The notes: generated from the letters alone by a model not told the origin. A DNA stretch of 64,000 nucleotides from Monocercomonoides exilis PA203 (GCA_001643675.2 LSRY02000033.1:868001-932000), one strand, 5' to 3'. Shown: positions 37,614 to 49,977, numbered from the stretch's first letter. Numbers and translations: made by a program.

Positions 37614-38009
37614 TTTTACGAAGGAAAAGACAATGGAAATATTATATCAACAAAAATGTTCTTAAATAATGTCTTTTTGAGATTTAAAATGATTGATCAT
37701 GAAATCCCATAACAGAATGATTCAAGTGATAAAACGAGTTTCTTTATATGCATACCGATAAGCACAAAGATTTTTTAACTGAATTGTGTGAAAATTGATA
37801 TTGTTACGAATTTTATTGGTTTGAATCGCATTAAAAATATTATCATTTCATCTTTTTATTTGCTCAATAAGATTAACAAACGTTGTGCAGTTTCATTGCT
37901 GTGATAATTTTGAAAAAGCAGACAAATTGAATGCCATCAAAAAATATCTCAGTCAGTCCATGCTGATATGTTTGATTCACTGTTTATTGCATTTTATTAT
38001 TAATTATCT

Positions 38010-39300
38010 ATTGGAGAATTGTTCACTGAACTGGAGCATTACAATGAATGTGAACAGAAAAAGAAAATCGGATAAACGGGAAAACTTATTAGTGAAATGA
38101 ATAAAGATGAGATAAAATTCGTTTTTACAGTGGAGTTATTCAACAAAATGGACAAAATGATCGAAGAAAAGAAAATGTGAATGGAAAATGCTCTAATATT
38201 TATGAAGCATATTGCATATTGGCTTGAAATGAAAGGCATATAGCGATATCGTTTTAGAGATTCTCTGTTGAACAAAAGATTTGAGAAGATGATTGTTGAA
38301 AAAGATCAGAAAAAAGAAGAAAAGGATGAAAAGATTGTTGTTAATGTTTGCGAATGCTTTCTTTTGATCAGCTTTTCCACATCATCGGAATTGATATCAA
38401 TTTGCGTTCCATATCTTATGAAAGCAGCATCAAGGAAGATAACAAAGAAGCAAAGAAAGAAGAAAAAATGTCATTACTGGCTTTGACTAATATAAGGAGA
38501 TATGAAGTGTGTAATTATGTTAAAAATTTTTGTTTAATAATTTTTTTCTCATTTTAAAAAACCTGTGTCACAGGAAGTGCATTTGAAGGAAATAACAGAA
38601 ATCATCGAATATTATCAATGGCATCACAAAATGCACAATTTGCTTATCTATCAGTTTTGAAGTTTTAGACTGACGGATTTTTCATGAAAAGATAGCTGGA
38701 AGGTGTTGTTGTGAATGAGGTGCGTTTTGCAAAAGAAGCAAGAAAAAAAATAGAAGAATTGACAAAGTGTATTCGTTGGAAGAGAAAAGAAGCAAACGAA
38801 GGAATAGCTTATGTTAGATGTCTCCGAACATTTGAAAATTTTTTGTTTTTGTAAAAATTGTGAATGAAGAATAAGTTGGATTTATTGGCAGCGTTTTTCA
38901 GGTATTTCTAGTTGCGAAGAATTGTCACTGAGTAATGAACAACAAGTGCATTTATTCCAAGAGAAATACAGTGGTAAGGAAAGCTTTAAAAGTTGAAGAC
39001 TGGATGAAGAGTTGCGCGGCTGAAACTATATTGAAAGAACTTCAGTAATTAACACAAAATAACTGAATGACACGTTTAAGAATTGAATTGTTTGTATTTC
39101 TTTTTGAAACTTTTTTAAAGATTGGATGAAAATACAGATAATGAAATGAAAAAAGCAAAAAGGAAATATTTGAAAAGGAACAAGAAAAATATTAAAGTGT
39201 AATCATTTTGTTTCATGAAATTCATCATTAATTGCAACAAAATTTTGATGGTTTTGATTTTTAGTTTATTTTTATTGACCATTTTATGAAAGAGTGATGA
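38010..39300 (+). pseudogene. Decayed copy of an expanded oxymonad helical (ARM-like) hypothetical protein family
   Basis: ELFTELEHYNECEQKKKIG*...VFTVELFNKMDKMIEEKKM*MENAL...LNKRFEKMIVE..KKEEKDEK..VCECFLL...ELISICVPYLMKAA, with many stops and frameshifts. The family is recognised from memory. Confidence 0.7.
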
Positions 39301-40699
39301 ATGGAGAAAATTTGCATATCAAACTGAAATTTTTTTTATTTCACATAATTGAAAACAAAGACATTTTTTCAAGCATTTTTCTATGATTTTCAATCAAGAA
39401 TATGTTATTTAAAATGATATGAATAGAGAATTATTGGTAATTTTTTTAAATTCAAATTTCAGCCATTCCTCTTCGAAAATCTTCTTCCAACAACTTCCAT
39501 GAATATCAGTAATATGAAAAAAGTGAATAATATTTCATTCTCTCGTTGTTCCAATCTGTATCTCCTCCATTTCTTTTTCAAGTTAAAGTTCATCTCACCT
39601 CCTCAATTATTCCGCTTCAATTACCTAAATTTCAAACAACCTCAGAAGAGAGAAGTTGAAATTGAATAAAACCTAATCGCAAAAAATATAAATAAATGAT
39701 AAGAAGTTTTGAAAGTTATCAAATTAGAAAAATTTTGTTCTCTAAATGTAGAGGAAAGTTATAATTCTGATGATAAAAGGAATTGCCATTAGCTTTGTTT
39801 CATTTATTTAACACATCTCAAATGTTTGAGGGCATAAGTGAAACTGCGTCCCTTTTGTAATTCTTGTTTTTAGACATTAATTTTGTGATGTTTGAAATGC
39901 AAAAATTATTTAAAAACTTTTGTATGGACCGGTTTTTCGCAAAAATTTTTGTTTCTCATGAAAAAACCATTTTTAAAAATGACCCATAAATATGAGTATT
40001 TTTACAAATTTTTAATAAAATAAGATAATTATGAAATAAAAAGTGTATAAAAGGTCTTTAATTATTATATACTCTTATTATATTAATTAATTTTTGAAAA
40101 ATAAAACATTCAAAAAAAAAACAAATAAATTAAAAAATTAAATATATTGATCAATCCCACAACTAAATTTTTAATATTCAAAAAATAAAAAATTAGTTTC
40201 TTTCATCGTGAATTGAATTCTCGTTTGCGAACATATAACGAATCATATATATAAATATAGTTTTAAAGTGTGTGAATAATAATTATCAATATATCATTCA
40301 AATCTTTATGAATTTTGTTTATGATTTTTAATATGAAAATTTATGTGCAGTTTGAGGATGTTTATGTTACACAATGATGATCATGAATAAAGAAGAACAA
40401 ACAAATCGTGTGAAACATTCTTTTTAATTATTAACATTGTATTATTAAAAATTTTGACAAAACTCATAAAATATCATTTATTTTCGTTTAAATATAACGA
40501 ATATTGAAGGCTAGACTATAATCAACACAGCGGCATCAGTATAAGAGGAAGAAAAGTTTATATAGATAAAAGAAACGAATTATAAAAGACACACGCAGTT
40601 AAATTAAAGGTCAATGCCTACACTACATAAGCTGGAAAAGATATTTTTTGAATGAAACAATATTGGATTGAAGAACAATTAAATGAAATTCCAGTTTTA

Positions 40700-41830
40700 T
40701 CTTCGAGAAGGCCGTCACTCACGGATGAATGCGATTTATGGAATTGATGGTTGTGAACACACAAATGATGCTGATCTTATTGATTTTGTTGCGATCCATC
40801 AGAGCGAAACGGTCATTGTGAGCAGTGGGAATGAATCGAACGGGAAGCAATGTTGAATTAACACATTTCCATATGATTCAATTAATCATGGGCTTGTGCA
40901 TCTGACATCTGAATATGTGAGTCTATTGTATGTTGAAGCAGAGAGCGTAATTGGAAGAGAAATAAATCCGAATGAGATGGGTTTTAAAGAAGGAGAAGGT
41001 ATTGAGAAAAACACATCTCTGCGGATATTGGATGAGGGATATCAATTGGGAGGAATAGCGAGTGAAAGAGGATCATCATTTTTCATCCCTGTCTTGGAAG
41101 AAGTGAAGAGCACAACACAGGCGAGTGGGGGCATGGACTTGAGCATTCGTGGGAAGCTGTTTCTTCCTCACAAATTGTCACAAGAGATAAGTATGAAAGA
41201 TGGGGATGAAGAGGAGATTGTGAGAAAAGGGATTGAAGAAGAAGGGTTTGTGTCAGAGAATGAGATTCACTCACTTGTTACACGTTCAGAATGGGGGAAA
41301 GTGAGAGAAGAGACAGAAGTGAGTGTGTGGATTGTGTTTGGAAAAGCTGATTCTCCTTTATCAACAGAGCCATTTATTGTGAAGAACAGAAGTGAAAGTC
41401 AGTCAAGAGGAAATGAAAGAATTGTTGAGGAAGGAAAAGAAGGAAAATCATATTTGTTGCTAATAGTTACAATCATGGCAGCTGTTCTATAAATTGTTTT
41501 GATTGCGTCTGTGATATTGGCAGTCAGATGGAGAAAACAAAAGAGATGAACAAAGGAATTGGAAGAGATTGTGAATGACACAGTGAAAAAGGATCCGAAG
41601 GCATTTGAGATGGTGACGATGGAGATGTCACCGGAGGAGCTGCTGAAGAGAGCAGAGAGAGCAGAGAGGGAGGGAGGGAAAGAGAGAGAGGGAAAGAGAT
41701 GGAATGAGGGAGGGAAAGGGAAAGGGAAGGCAATTTTGAGAAGAAGACAAAGATGTTGAGAAAAGAAGAAGAGGATTGAGAATATGAAGAGAGAGAAAGA
41801 GACAAGCGAAGAGAAAGGGATAGAGATAGA
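40700..41830 (+). pseudogene. Truncated, internally deleted copy of an expanded type-I membrane/surface protein family
   Basis: NAIYGIDGCEH..DLIDFVAIHQSETVIVSS...HGLVHLTS, then IRGKLFLP..., TM segment LLLIVTIMAAVL*IVLIASVILAVRWRKQ and tail ELEEIVNDTVKKDPKAFEMVTMEMSPEE. Contains in-frame stops. Confidence 0.75.
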
Positions 41831-42530
41831 GATAGAGAGAGAATTTGAAACTTCTTGAAATGGATATATTGTTCATTCTGTTATTTATTTGTTATTTTTT
41901 AATCAAGCTATTTTTTCGTAGTTTTTTTGATATTCCAAATAAGTGAATCATGGAATTAAAAGACTGGTGAATAAAATGAACACTCTTTTTTCTCAATGAA
42001 CTGATTGAGTATTTAATAAGCGATAAGGAAAAATAAATATGAAATAACTATATTTTTCCTCAATGAAATTCTTTTTAAAGGAGAAACCTTAAAAATTCAT
42101 TCGTTTATTTTTTAAAAGAAATCACAATATGAACATAAAAAAAATTATTGATAATATCAAATTGAATCGTATATCAATTAACGGAATGCTGAAATGAACA
42201 TAAAAAAGAAAAAGACAAAATATGAATAATAAAAATGAACATTTGAGAAATAGAAATATTATGCAATACTAACAAAAAAGAGGAATTAATAAATAGCATT
42301 TTCAAAACTGAATCATTTCTGAAATGAACAAGAATGATCTTTGTTATTCAAAATGAATATGCGCAGCCTGTTGTAGCGAATTCTAAAGTTAATTTTCATC
42401 CATTTGTGTGAATTATAATTAACATATAGTGAAAGGAAGATTTGCCAGAATTTGCGCAATCTATCATGCAAAAAAGCAAAAGCAAACATCTTGATTATGT
42501 GAAAATATAATTGTGGGATTGATCAATATA

Positions 42531-42926
42531 CAGATATCGCATAAAATACCGGACATCGCACAAAATACCGGACAAGATCGATATCTCAATAACAGCAAGA
42601 AGAAAAATTCTGTTAAATTTCCTCTTAACATATTTCATTAATACAAACTCACGTGACATACAAGACATTCAGGACAGCTTCGCTTGATCTCAGAAAAAAT
42701 ATATATCAAAATCTCGGAGAAATAGGATTTTGAGTTTCTCCGAAATTTCGATATATATTTTTTCTGAGATCAAGCGAAGCTGTCCTGAATGTCTTGTATG
42801 TCACGTGAGTTTGTATTAATGAAATATGTTAAGAGGAAATTTAACAGAATTTTTCTTCTTGCTGTTATTGAGATATCGATCTTGTCCGGTATTTTGTGCG
42901 ATGTCCGGTATTTTATGCGATATCTG
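42531..42926. mobile_element. 396-bp palindromic (foldback) MITE, Tc1/mariner-pogo type, TA target-site duplication
   Basis: 192-bp arms (42531-42722 and 42735-42926) with 2 mismatches and a 12-nt loop. CAG...CTG termini flanked by TA on both sides. Subterminal 19-bp direct repeats atcgcaYaaaataccggac. The empty site is preserved in the partner TIR at ~40140-40150. Confidence 0.93.
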
Positions 42927-44274
42927 TATTCAATTTTTTAATTTATTTGTTTTTTTTTTGAATGTTTTATTTTTCAAAAATTAATTAATATAATAAGAGT
43001 ATATAATAATTAAAGACCTTTTATACACTTTTTATTTCATAATTATCTTATTTTATTAAAAATTTGTAAAAATACTCATATTTATGGGTCATTTTTAAAA
43101 ATGGTTTTTTCATGAGAAACAAAAATTTTTGCGAAAAACCGGTCCATACAAAAGTTTTTAAATAATTTTTGCATTTCAAACATCACAAAATTAATGTCTA
43201 AAAACAAGAATTACAAAAGGGACGCAGTTTCACTTATGCCTTATTTTGTGGATTTTTCAGATTTGACATAGCCTCTTTCATTAAAATAGTTGAATAATTT
43301 TAAATATTAAGAAAATTTTAGGTTGTTTTTTCAAAATAATTAAATCAAAACTTTCTTTTTCTCAAACCGGTTCATCTTGTTCTTTTGCTCATTCTTTTCA
43401 CATTTTCGAATTATTGACCTGAAGTGACGTCATTGACGTCAGTGACTTCAGTGACGTATCAAAATTCCGATTTCCGCTTTCACGTCAGTGAAATATGCAT
43501 TATGGAAAATTCGATTTGGAATAAAAAAACAAGTTTTACACAAAAATTGAAGAAAATGGTTTTAAAATGAAAAATATTAATTGTAATGAATATCTGAATT
43601 ATAATTTTTAATTTTTCTCTATTGACGTGGAAAAATCTGACACGTCCGTCAAAAATAGAAAAAGTCACGTCAGCAGTCACCACGTTACCCAGGGTTACAT
43701 GTGAGGTCACAAAACATTATGTTATGATATCAATGATGCCAGTCAATAGATATGAGAATCTTATTTATTGTGAAATCTGAGAAAGTTAAGAAAAGTTATT
43801 AGTGAAACAATTATTGAACGCTTTGTGCAAAAAAAGCTTGAAAGTTCATATTTTCCACCAAGTTTTCTTTCTTTTTATATCTCTAAGTTTAACAGCTATA
43901 ATATTAACATGTTGAAAATTCACACCTGAATTGAAGTTTCTTGATTTGCACAAAGAGCACTTGACTTCATTTTCTTTGTGAGCAAATGAGAAATTATTTT
44001 GATGTCTTCACCCAATTCATTATAATAGAAATAGAAGTCTTATTTCAAAGGAATTTCAATGTTTTCTTTACTGAAACTTAACTTTTTTGATTTTACAGGA
44101 AAACATTGTTTTCAAACACTTAGAAAAAAACTATTATTTATATTTTAAAAGAACACATGAATTTGAATTGAATTCATCTAAAATAAATGAGACATCAATT
44201 TAATAAAAAGAATTTCACAGGAAATTGAAAATAAAGAAGTTAGTTCAATAAATAAGACACAGTGGTGAATGATT

Positions 44275-44307
<33 letters not shown>

Positions 44308-44448
44308 TGTTGGTAATAAAGCAATAATAAGATAAAAACACGCAAGTATAATTTATTCGCTGCAACTTTACTCCTCCTTTGTAATTATCAACAATCCTGT
44401 CCATGCAGACAACCCCTTCTCCAAACCCATTCTCTCAGAAAACAGCCT

Positions 44449-47265
44449 TCACGTGAACTTTCTCCTGTAGAGCAAATCAAAGCAGCAGATCTCGCCCAGA
44501 TAGCCCCTGGCGCCCTTGTTGTTGGAGTGGAGCATCGCATAGAAGGAGTCGTCGAAGCCTTCTTCCTCCAGCTCTGTCAGCACCAGCCAGCGGAAGAACC
44601 CTTCTTTGCTCCACACGCCGTTGATCAGGATCACTGCCTTCTCCATCACCATCTCCAGCTCCATGTTCCGCCACTTGCTCAGGTCGCATATCGTATGCGC
44701 CACAGCCGAGATGACATGGTTCGACAGCAGAATAAGCACATCCTGTTCGCCTGCCTCTCTCTTTTCTCGGTCTGCCGGGCGCTCCATCTGCTTCTCTCGC
44801 TCTGTCTGAGGCAGCGGAGGCAGCTTCTGGTTGATGATGGTGTGGAACAGGTTGATGACACCGATCTGGACGAAGCCTGTGGACGGGAGCTGATTGGGAA
44901 GGATGTAGGGGAGGGTGGAGACAGAGCTGTTGGAGTGATGAGGAGAGGAGGAGGGGAAACAAGAAGAGAGTGGGAATCCTGATGGTGGCACTGATGAAGA
45001 TGAAGATGAAGATGATGCAGATGAGGATGAAGCAGAGACAGAGGCAGAAGCAGAAGCAGACTCAGGTTGCATAACAGGATGTGCTTGAAACGGAAGAACG
45101 ACTTTTGGAGAGTCTTCGTCTTCGCTACCAGTCTTCTTCGGCTTTGGCAGAATTGTATTTGGACGATACTTATACAGCTCACCATCGCTCTCTTCGTCTG
45201 AATCCTTCTCTTTCTCATCATCATCTTCATCCTCATCATCATCGCTTGAAGCAACCAGACGTGTCTCCATCACAGACTCTGTCAGCATCTCCTTCAGCCT
45301 GTCCAAAAATCCTGGGTATGTCAAGAAACCTGGGTGAGGCAGCATGCTCATCAGCTTCAGCGTGTGCAGGCATCGTATCTTCATCCACTCATCTTTCTGC
45401 CTCAGGAACCGCTTGTCAATTCCAGGAATCTTCAGAAAACGGCTTTTTCTTTTCATCTTTTTGACATTCTTCTTCTTCTTTTCTGGTTTTCCATGACTCA
45501 TCTTCCCTTCCTCTTGCATCTTCTCCTCTTTCCTCTTCTTCTTTTCTGCTTTTCTCCTCCGCTCGGCAATCATCTCGTCTCTCTTTCTTGCTTTGTCCAG
45601 CCGCTGCTTCCTCTTTTCCTCCCACTTCTTCATCTTCTGGTTGTACTTCTCTACTCTCAGTGCTTCCTCAGCCTCAGCCTCGCCAATCTTCTTTTCCATC
45701 ACCTTCACCCGCTTCTCCCTTCTTTCCTTTGCTGCCTCTTCTTCTTTTGCCTCCTCTTCGTCTTCTTCCTCCCTCTCTCTCTGCAGCTTCTCATCTTCTT
45801 CCTTGTATTTGTCTTTATCTTTCTTTCCTCCAAACAGCTTTGCCATAAATCCCTTTGACTTTGCTGCCTCTTCTCTTTTCTTCGCAATGATTTCGTCTTC
45901 TATTTTCCTCCGCTCCATCATCTCTTCGTGTTTTTTGTCGCGTTCTGCTTTTTCTTTTTCTTCTCTTTCGTTCAGCTGCCTCTCCATCAGCGCCCTCAAA
46001 TCAGCAATCTCTTTCAGCGCCAGCGTCCTTCTCTCCGTCTCAACCTCCACCAGCTCCTGCCTCTCCTCTTCTTCCGCCGCTTCTGCTTCTGCATCAATCT
46101 TTTCTGCCTGCGCTTCTTCTTCTTCTCTCCTTTTTCTGATGGCTATTTCTGGGTCCACACCCAATGCCTGTGCAAGCAGAGGAGTTATATCCAAATACTT
46201 CGTCATCAGCTTCATATCCTGAACGGTCTCTTCATAGCCAGTCCGGAAGAACGTCAAAAGACATCCCAGACAGAAAGGGGAGACATAGGGAATGGGCTCA
46301 ACTTGGTCTGTTGTGATTTTTGAGGGAGTTGCATATGAATGAAATGATGCCACAAGAGATGACATATCTAATGTTGTGTCGGTCATCTGCGCAATCCATT
46401 TTCGAAACTTTGTGGTAATAATACGCATCACATCTTTCAAAAGCATTTCATGTCTATTGTCTAATATGCAAACGTTATTAATGTTTTTTTTCATGCAAAG
46501 TTGAGTTAAGTATTTTAAAAAATATAAAAATTCTTAAAAATAGAAATAAACACATACGAGTTTCTTCTCCAATGAAATTCATCGTGACAAATGTCTTATC
46601 TTGAAAGTCTTGTTCCTCTGCATTTTTTGGAATAGTGTTCAATTGTTCCAGAACAACTTTCGTAAAATCTCTCTTCATCTTGTTTTCCAATTCATGACGT
46701 TTATACATGTTCATTGTTGTGAAAAGTGCTTCTGTATTATGATAAACATGAGCTAATTCCTGCAAAATATGAAGAGGTTTCATCCATATCATTGATTGGT
46801 CAAGCACGTTGCTAACTTGCCAATCTGTAGCAAGAGCACCACGAAATGAGCACTCCTCCAAAACTTTCAGATACATTAAAGCATCTGGAGCATTAAACTT
46901 AGCTCGTTCAAGTATTTTCATTAAAGGAGGAGCAATGAGTTCTCGTACAAATTGGGGAAACATTGAAATTGGATATCTAAACATTAATTCCCGCAATCTT
47001 TCAAACAGCAATAATCGCTTTTCTTGATCCTTTTCTTTAAGAACAGATGTGAGAGTTTCTGAAAGCATTGTTAAAAACGAATGATATTCTATAACAAAAT
47101 TAAAAATAAAGTTTAACCTCCAATTCTTTCGAATGGATGTGGAAGTGGTAATTCTGTTGCATCTTCCTCAATAGAAGGTGTACCTTGTGGATTAGGAGCC
47201 ATTTCATGGCCTTTTGGAGGAGGAGGCAACGGCTGTAATTGACCAATAGGGAGATATCTGGTCAT
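44449..47265 (-). CDS. Hypothetical helical protein with central Glu/Lys/Arg coiled-coil insertion, ~900 aa
   Basis: Exons 47265-47118, 47088-~46558 and ~46460-44449 join in frame. The first intron is only 29 nt. No family assigned. Confidence 0.75.
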
Positions 47266-47643
47266 GATGCAATTGAAAATATAAATAATGGGGATTCAAT
47301 TCCAAAATCTTATTCAAATTAAGACATATATTTGATTTTTTATTATTTGAATTTGTTTATTTTCACAATAAAGAACAAAGCTTTTGTTTCTCAAAAACAT
47401 TTAGTAAATTCAAAAATTTTCTTTATAAATGTTTTTAAAAACTCTTTCAAATTCGATATAATTAAATTTTATCTTTTTAATTTTGCAATTTTTCTTATAG
47501 ATAGTGTGATTTACTCGTTTTTCTAATATTTGTCTGTGAAAAATCAAAGTTTATATTTTTTCAAATAATTCTTCAAATATTAAAAAATAGCAAATGATGC
47601 CAACAAAAATTGGTGATATAAATATGTGTGCAAGCAAAATTGC

Positions 47644-47958
47644 TTATGAGGACGGTTCAGGTGGAATGGTTGCTGAAGGATGCTTTGCTTGCATATGCTG
47701 AACAAGTGTTTTGTAATTTGCAATTTCACACTGTAAAATATTATGAATAATGAAATTTACGTAAATCACAATAAATTGGTTTTATAAATAATGAACATTT
47801 TGAATTATTCTTGAAATAAATCATCAATGCTCTACCTTGCATTCAGGGCATGACATTTTGATGCCAGCCTTACGTGCAGCAAGTTGAGAACCCTTCTCTT
47901 TTCCTTTTTTATCTTGAGCGCGTTGTTGGGACTGAATCTTTTGTAATCCGCGTGCCAT
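47644..47958 (-). CDS. ZNF706: ZNF706-like 4F5/SERF + C2H2 zinc-finger protein, 69 aa (absent from ORF track)
   Basis: Exons 47958-47836 and 47730-47644 give MARGLQKIQSQQRAQDKKGKEKGSQLAARKAGIKMSCPECKCEIANYKTLVQHMQAKHPSATIPPEPSS. Confidence 0.92.
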
Positions 47959-47995
47959 TTACACTGATATTATTGTTCAATAACACAAATATTAA

Positions 47996-48003
47996 ATAAT
48001 GGG
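47996..48003 (-). promoter_or_regulatory. Candidate core-promoter motif CCCANTAT (representative copy; also 388+, 5268+, 16806-, 47285-, 49914+)
   Basis: The same motif lies in sense orientation about 19-68 nt upstream of six start codons. Confidence 0.5.
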
Positions 48004-48101
48004 GCTGAAAGGAAAAACTATACATTTGCTCAAGATTTGATCTTTTAAATTATTATTTCTTAATGCTTAAAAAATTCAATTTTTAATATTTAAAAATATA
48101 A

Positions 48102-49523
48102 ATGTCAATTCCTACTGCTCCACCATTGATTCAAGAGACACATAAAATAAAAGAGTCTTCTTCTCCAAATGAAAAAGATGAAAAACGTGATTTTAAACAA
48201 CAGCAACAACCTACAAAAAAACTGTCACCATTTTTTCAACGTGCAATAGTTTGATAATAATATTTTTTTAGAAATTTTATTTTTTGAATTTTTTGAATGA
48301 ATTTAAATATTAGAATTCGTTACAGTGGAGAAAGAGTAGATGCAGAGATGGATGCTTTTCATTTTTGTTGAAAGACGAAAAAAAGAAGAAGGAGGCAGAA
48401 ATTGTCATAAAGCAAGTTCCACTATGCGAAATGGCTGGCCTTGGAACAGGAGGTCTTGAATTTTTTCTCCAACAAAAATGTGTTCGAAATTTAAAATTTT
48501 TGAATAGCAACTGTTTGGGATGCGGCTATTGCGCTTGCTCGGTGGTTTGAATTAATTGCGAATACTGAAACAAAAAGTTTTTCTTTTTCACCTCCAATCA
48601 AGCAAAGCGATGCATTGATGAAAGAAATCGATAAACAAGCAACAATAACACCAACCACCGTACCAATGACGTCATCATTTAAATTTTCATTTTCATTTAA
48701 CAATCAAAGTCGTTGGATTGAAATAGGATCAGGACATAGTTTTATTGGGATTGTTGCGAAAATTTTGGGATGTGGAAAAGTTGTTTGTACTGATCTTGAC
48801 TTTTTGCAGTTTTTAATGAAGGATAATATTGCTTCAAATCAACACTTATGGACAAATAAAGAAGACGAATTAACAGTTAGTCCATCAAATATCAAGTCAG
48901 AAAGTGACGACGTCTCTTGTACAGTTTTTGATTGGAATGCAGACGTTATTCCTGAGAATATTGTTTCTCATTCACTCACAAAATCACCGTATCAGCTTGT
49001 TATTGTGTGTGAATGCTTATATGCAAACGTCCCGCACCATTTGCTTTTAAACGCTCTGCTTTTACTTACAGAACCACCAAACTTCAAACGAGTTCATATT
49101 GACAATACTGATGAATGCAAGCATAGCAATGAAGATAATATCACAGAAAAGGAAACTGGAGCAAGTGCTTCAACTGGAACATTAAATTGTAAGGATGAGG
49201 GTTTGACGTCCTCTTCAACATCTTCATCTGCTACCCCTTCTGATTCTTCGACTCCTCTTCAATTAACTTCTTCATCATCGCTTACAACAACAGATTCATC
49301 GTCTCATCACATCATTAATTATCCTCCATCCTCTTTTAACCCTCCTTTCATTCTTATTGTCTATGAGCATCGCAATTCCATCGTCTTTTCTGATTTTATG
49401 AAATCAGCGTTACCGTATTTTGATGTACTTATGCTTCCGTATGAGGTTCAACATCCATTTTATCAAACAAACGATATATTTTACTATGCAATGAGAAGAA
49501 AAACTATTGATGATTCTCTTTGA
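48102..49523 (+). CDS. Methyltransferase family 16 (METTL21-like) protein-lysine methyltransferase
   Basis: GLGTGATVWDAAIALARW (across an intron), motif I IEIGSGHSFIG, VVCTD, FDW, motif II VCECLY, and YEHR. Two introns. Confidence 0.88.
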
Positions 49524-49977
49524 ATACAACCTATCACAAGTCTAACTCTCTATGTTAAGTACATAGAATTTAAGCACAGAACATTTTAATGTGAAAAATT
49601 TCTGAACTTATGAGAAAGTTGCCTTTCTCAAAAGATGATTGATGAATTAAGACTGAAAACATCACATTCTCAGTTAAATACCGAACTAGGATCTTATTAA
49701 ATACGTGCGCAGGTTACAATTTTTAATTGTATTTATATTTTTCTTTTTTATGTTAAATTAATTGTTTTTACAATTGATAATTGTTTTTGAACTTTTCCAG
49801 ATTATTCTTTTATTTCTGTGAATAAGATGATTGCAGGAAATGTGTTTTAATACATTCATTACGTATTATGAAATTTATGAAAATATTTTTTTCAAAATCT
49901 ATGATTTTCTGAACCCACTATAAACATTTTGTGCAATCAAATATCTTTTTTCGTGAATAAAAACGTAATTCAGCGTT

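Larger units (their letters stand above)
39831..43240. mobile_element. 3.4-kb non-autonomous element with ~330-bp near-perfect terminal inverted repeats carrying a gene fragment (Pack-MULE/foldback-like)
   Basis: 39831-40139 is the reverse complement of 42932-43240 (GGCATAAGTG...CACTTATGCC). The IR continues inward as 40140-40162 versus 42511-42530/42927-42931, across a MITE insertion. No convincing TSD. Confidence 0.85.
37487..43697. mobile_element. Putative ~6.2-kb non-autonomous DNA element bounded by imperfect short TIRs
   Basis: TAACCCTGGGTGACGTG (37487-37503) versus CACGTTACCCAGGGTTA (43681-43697) match 16/17 in inverted orientation. A second inverted block ttttccac.tca lies further in. 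Both ends are ACGT-rich. No transposase seen. Confidence 0.45.

Noticed and set aside
37506-37712. Poly-Lys ORF or SINE/retrocopy tail
   Set aside because: The ORF is produced by the A61 run. No TSD or Pol III boxes were seen, and the equivalent position at the other element end is simply A-rich.
44477-44982. Overlapping GC-rich ORFs on both strands
   Set aside because: They are by-products of high GC3 in the real minus-strand CDS.
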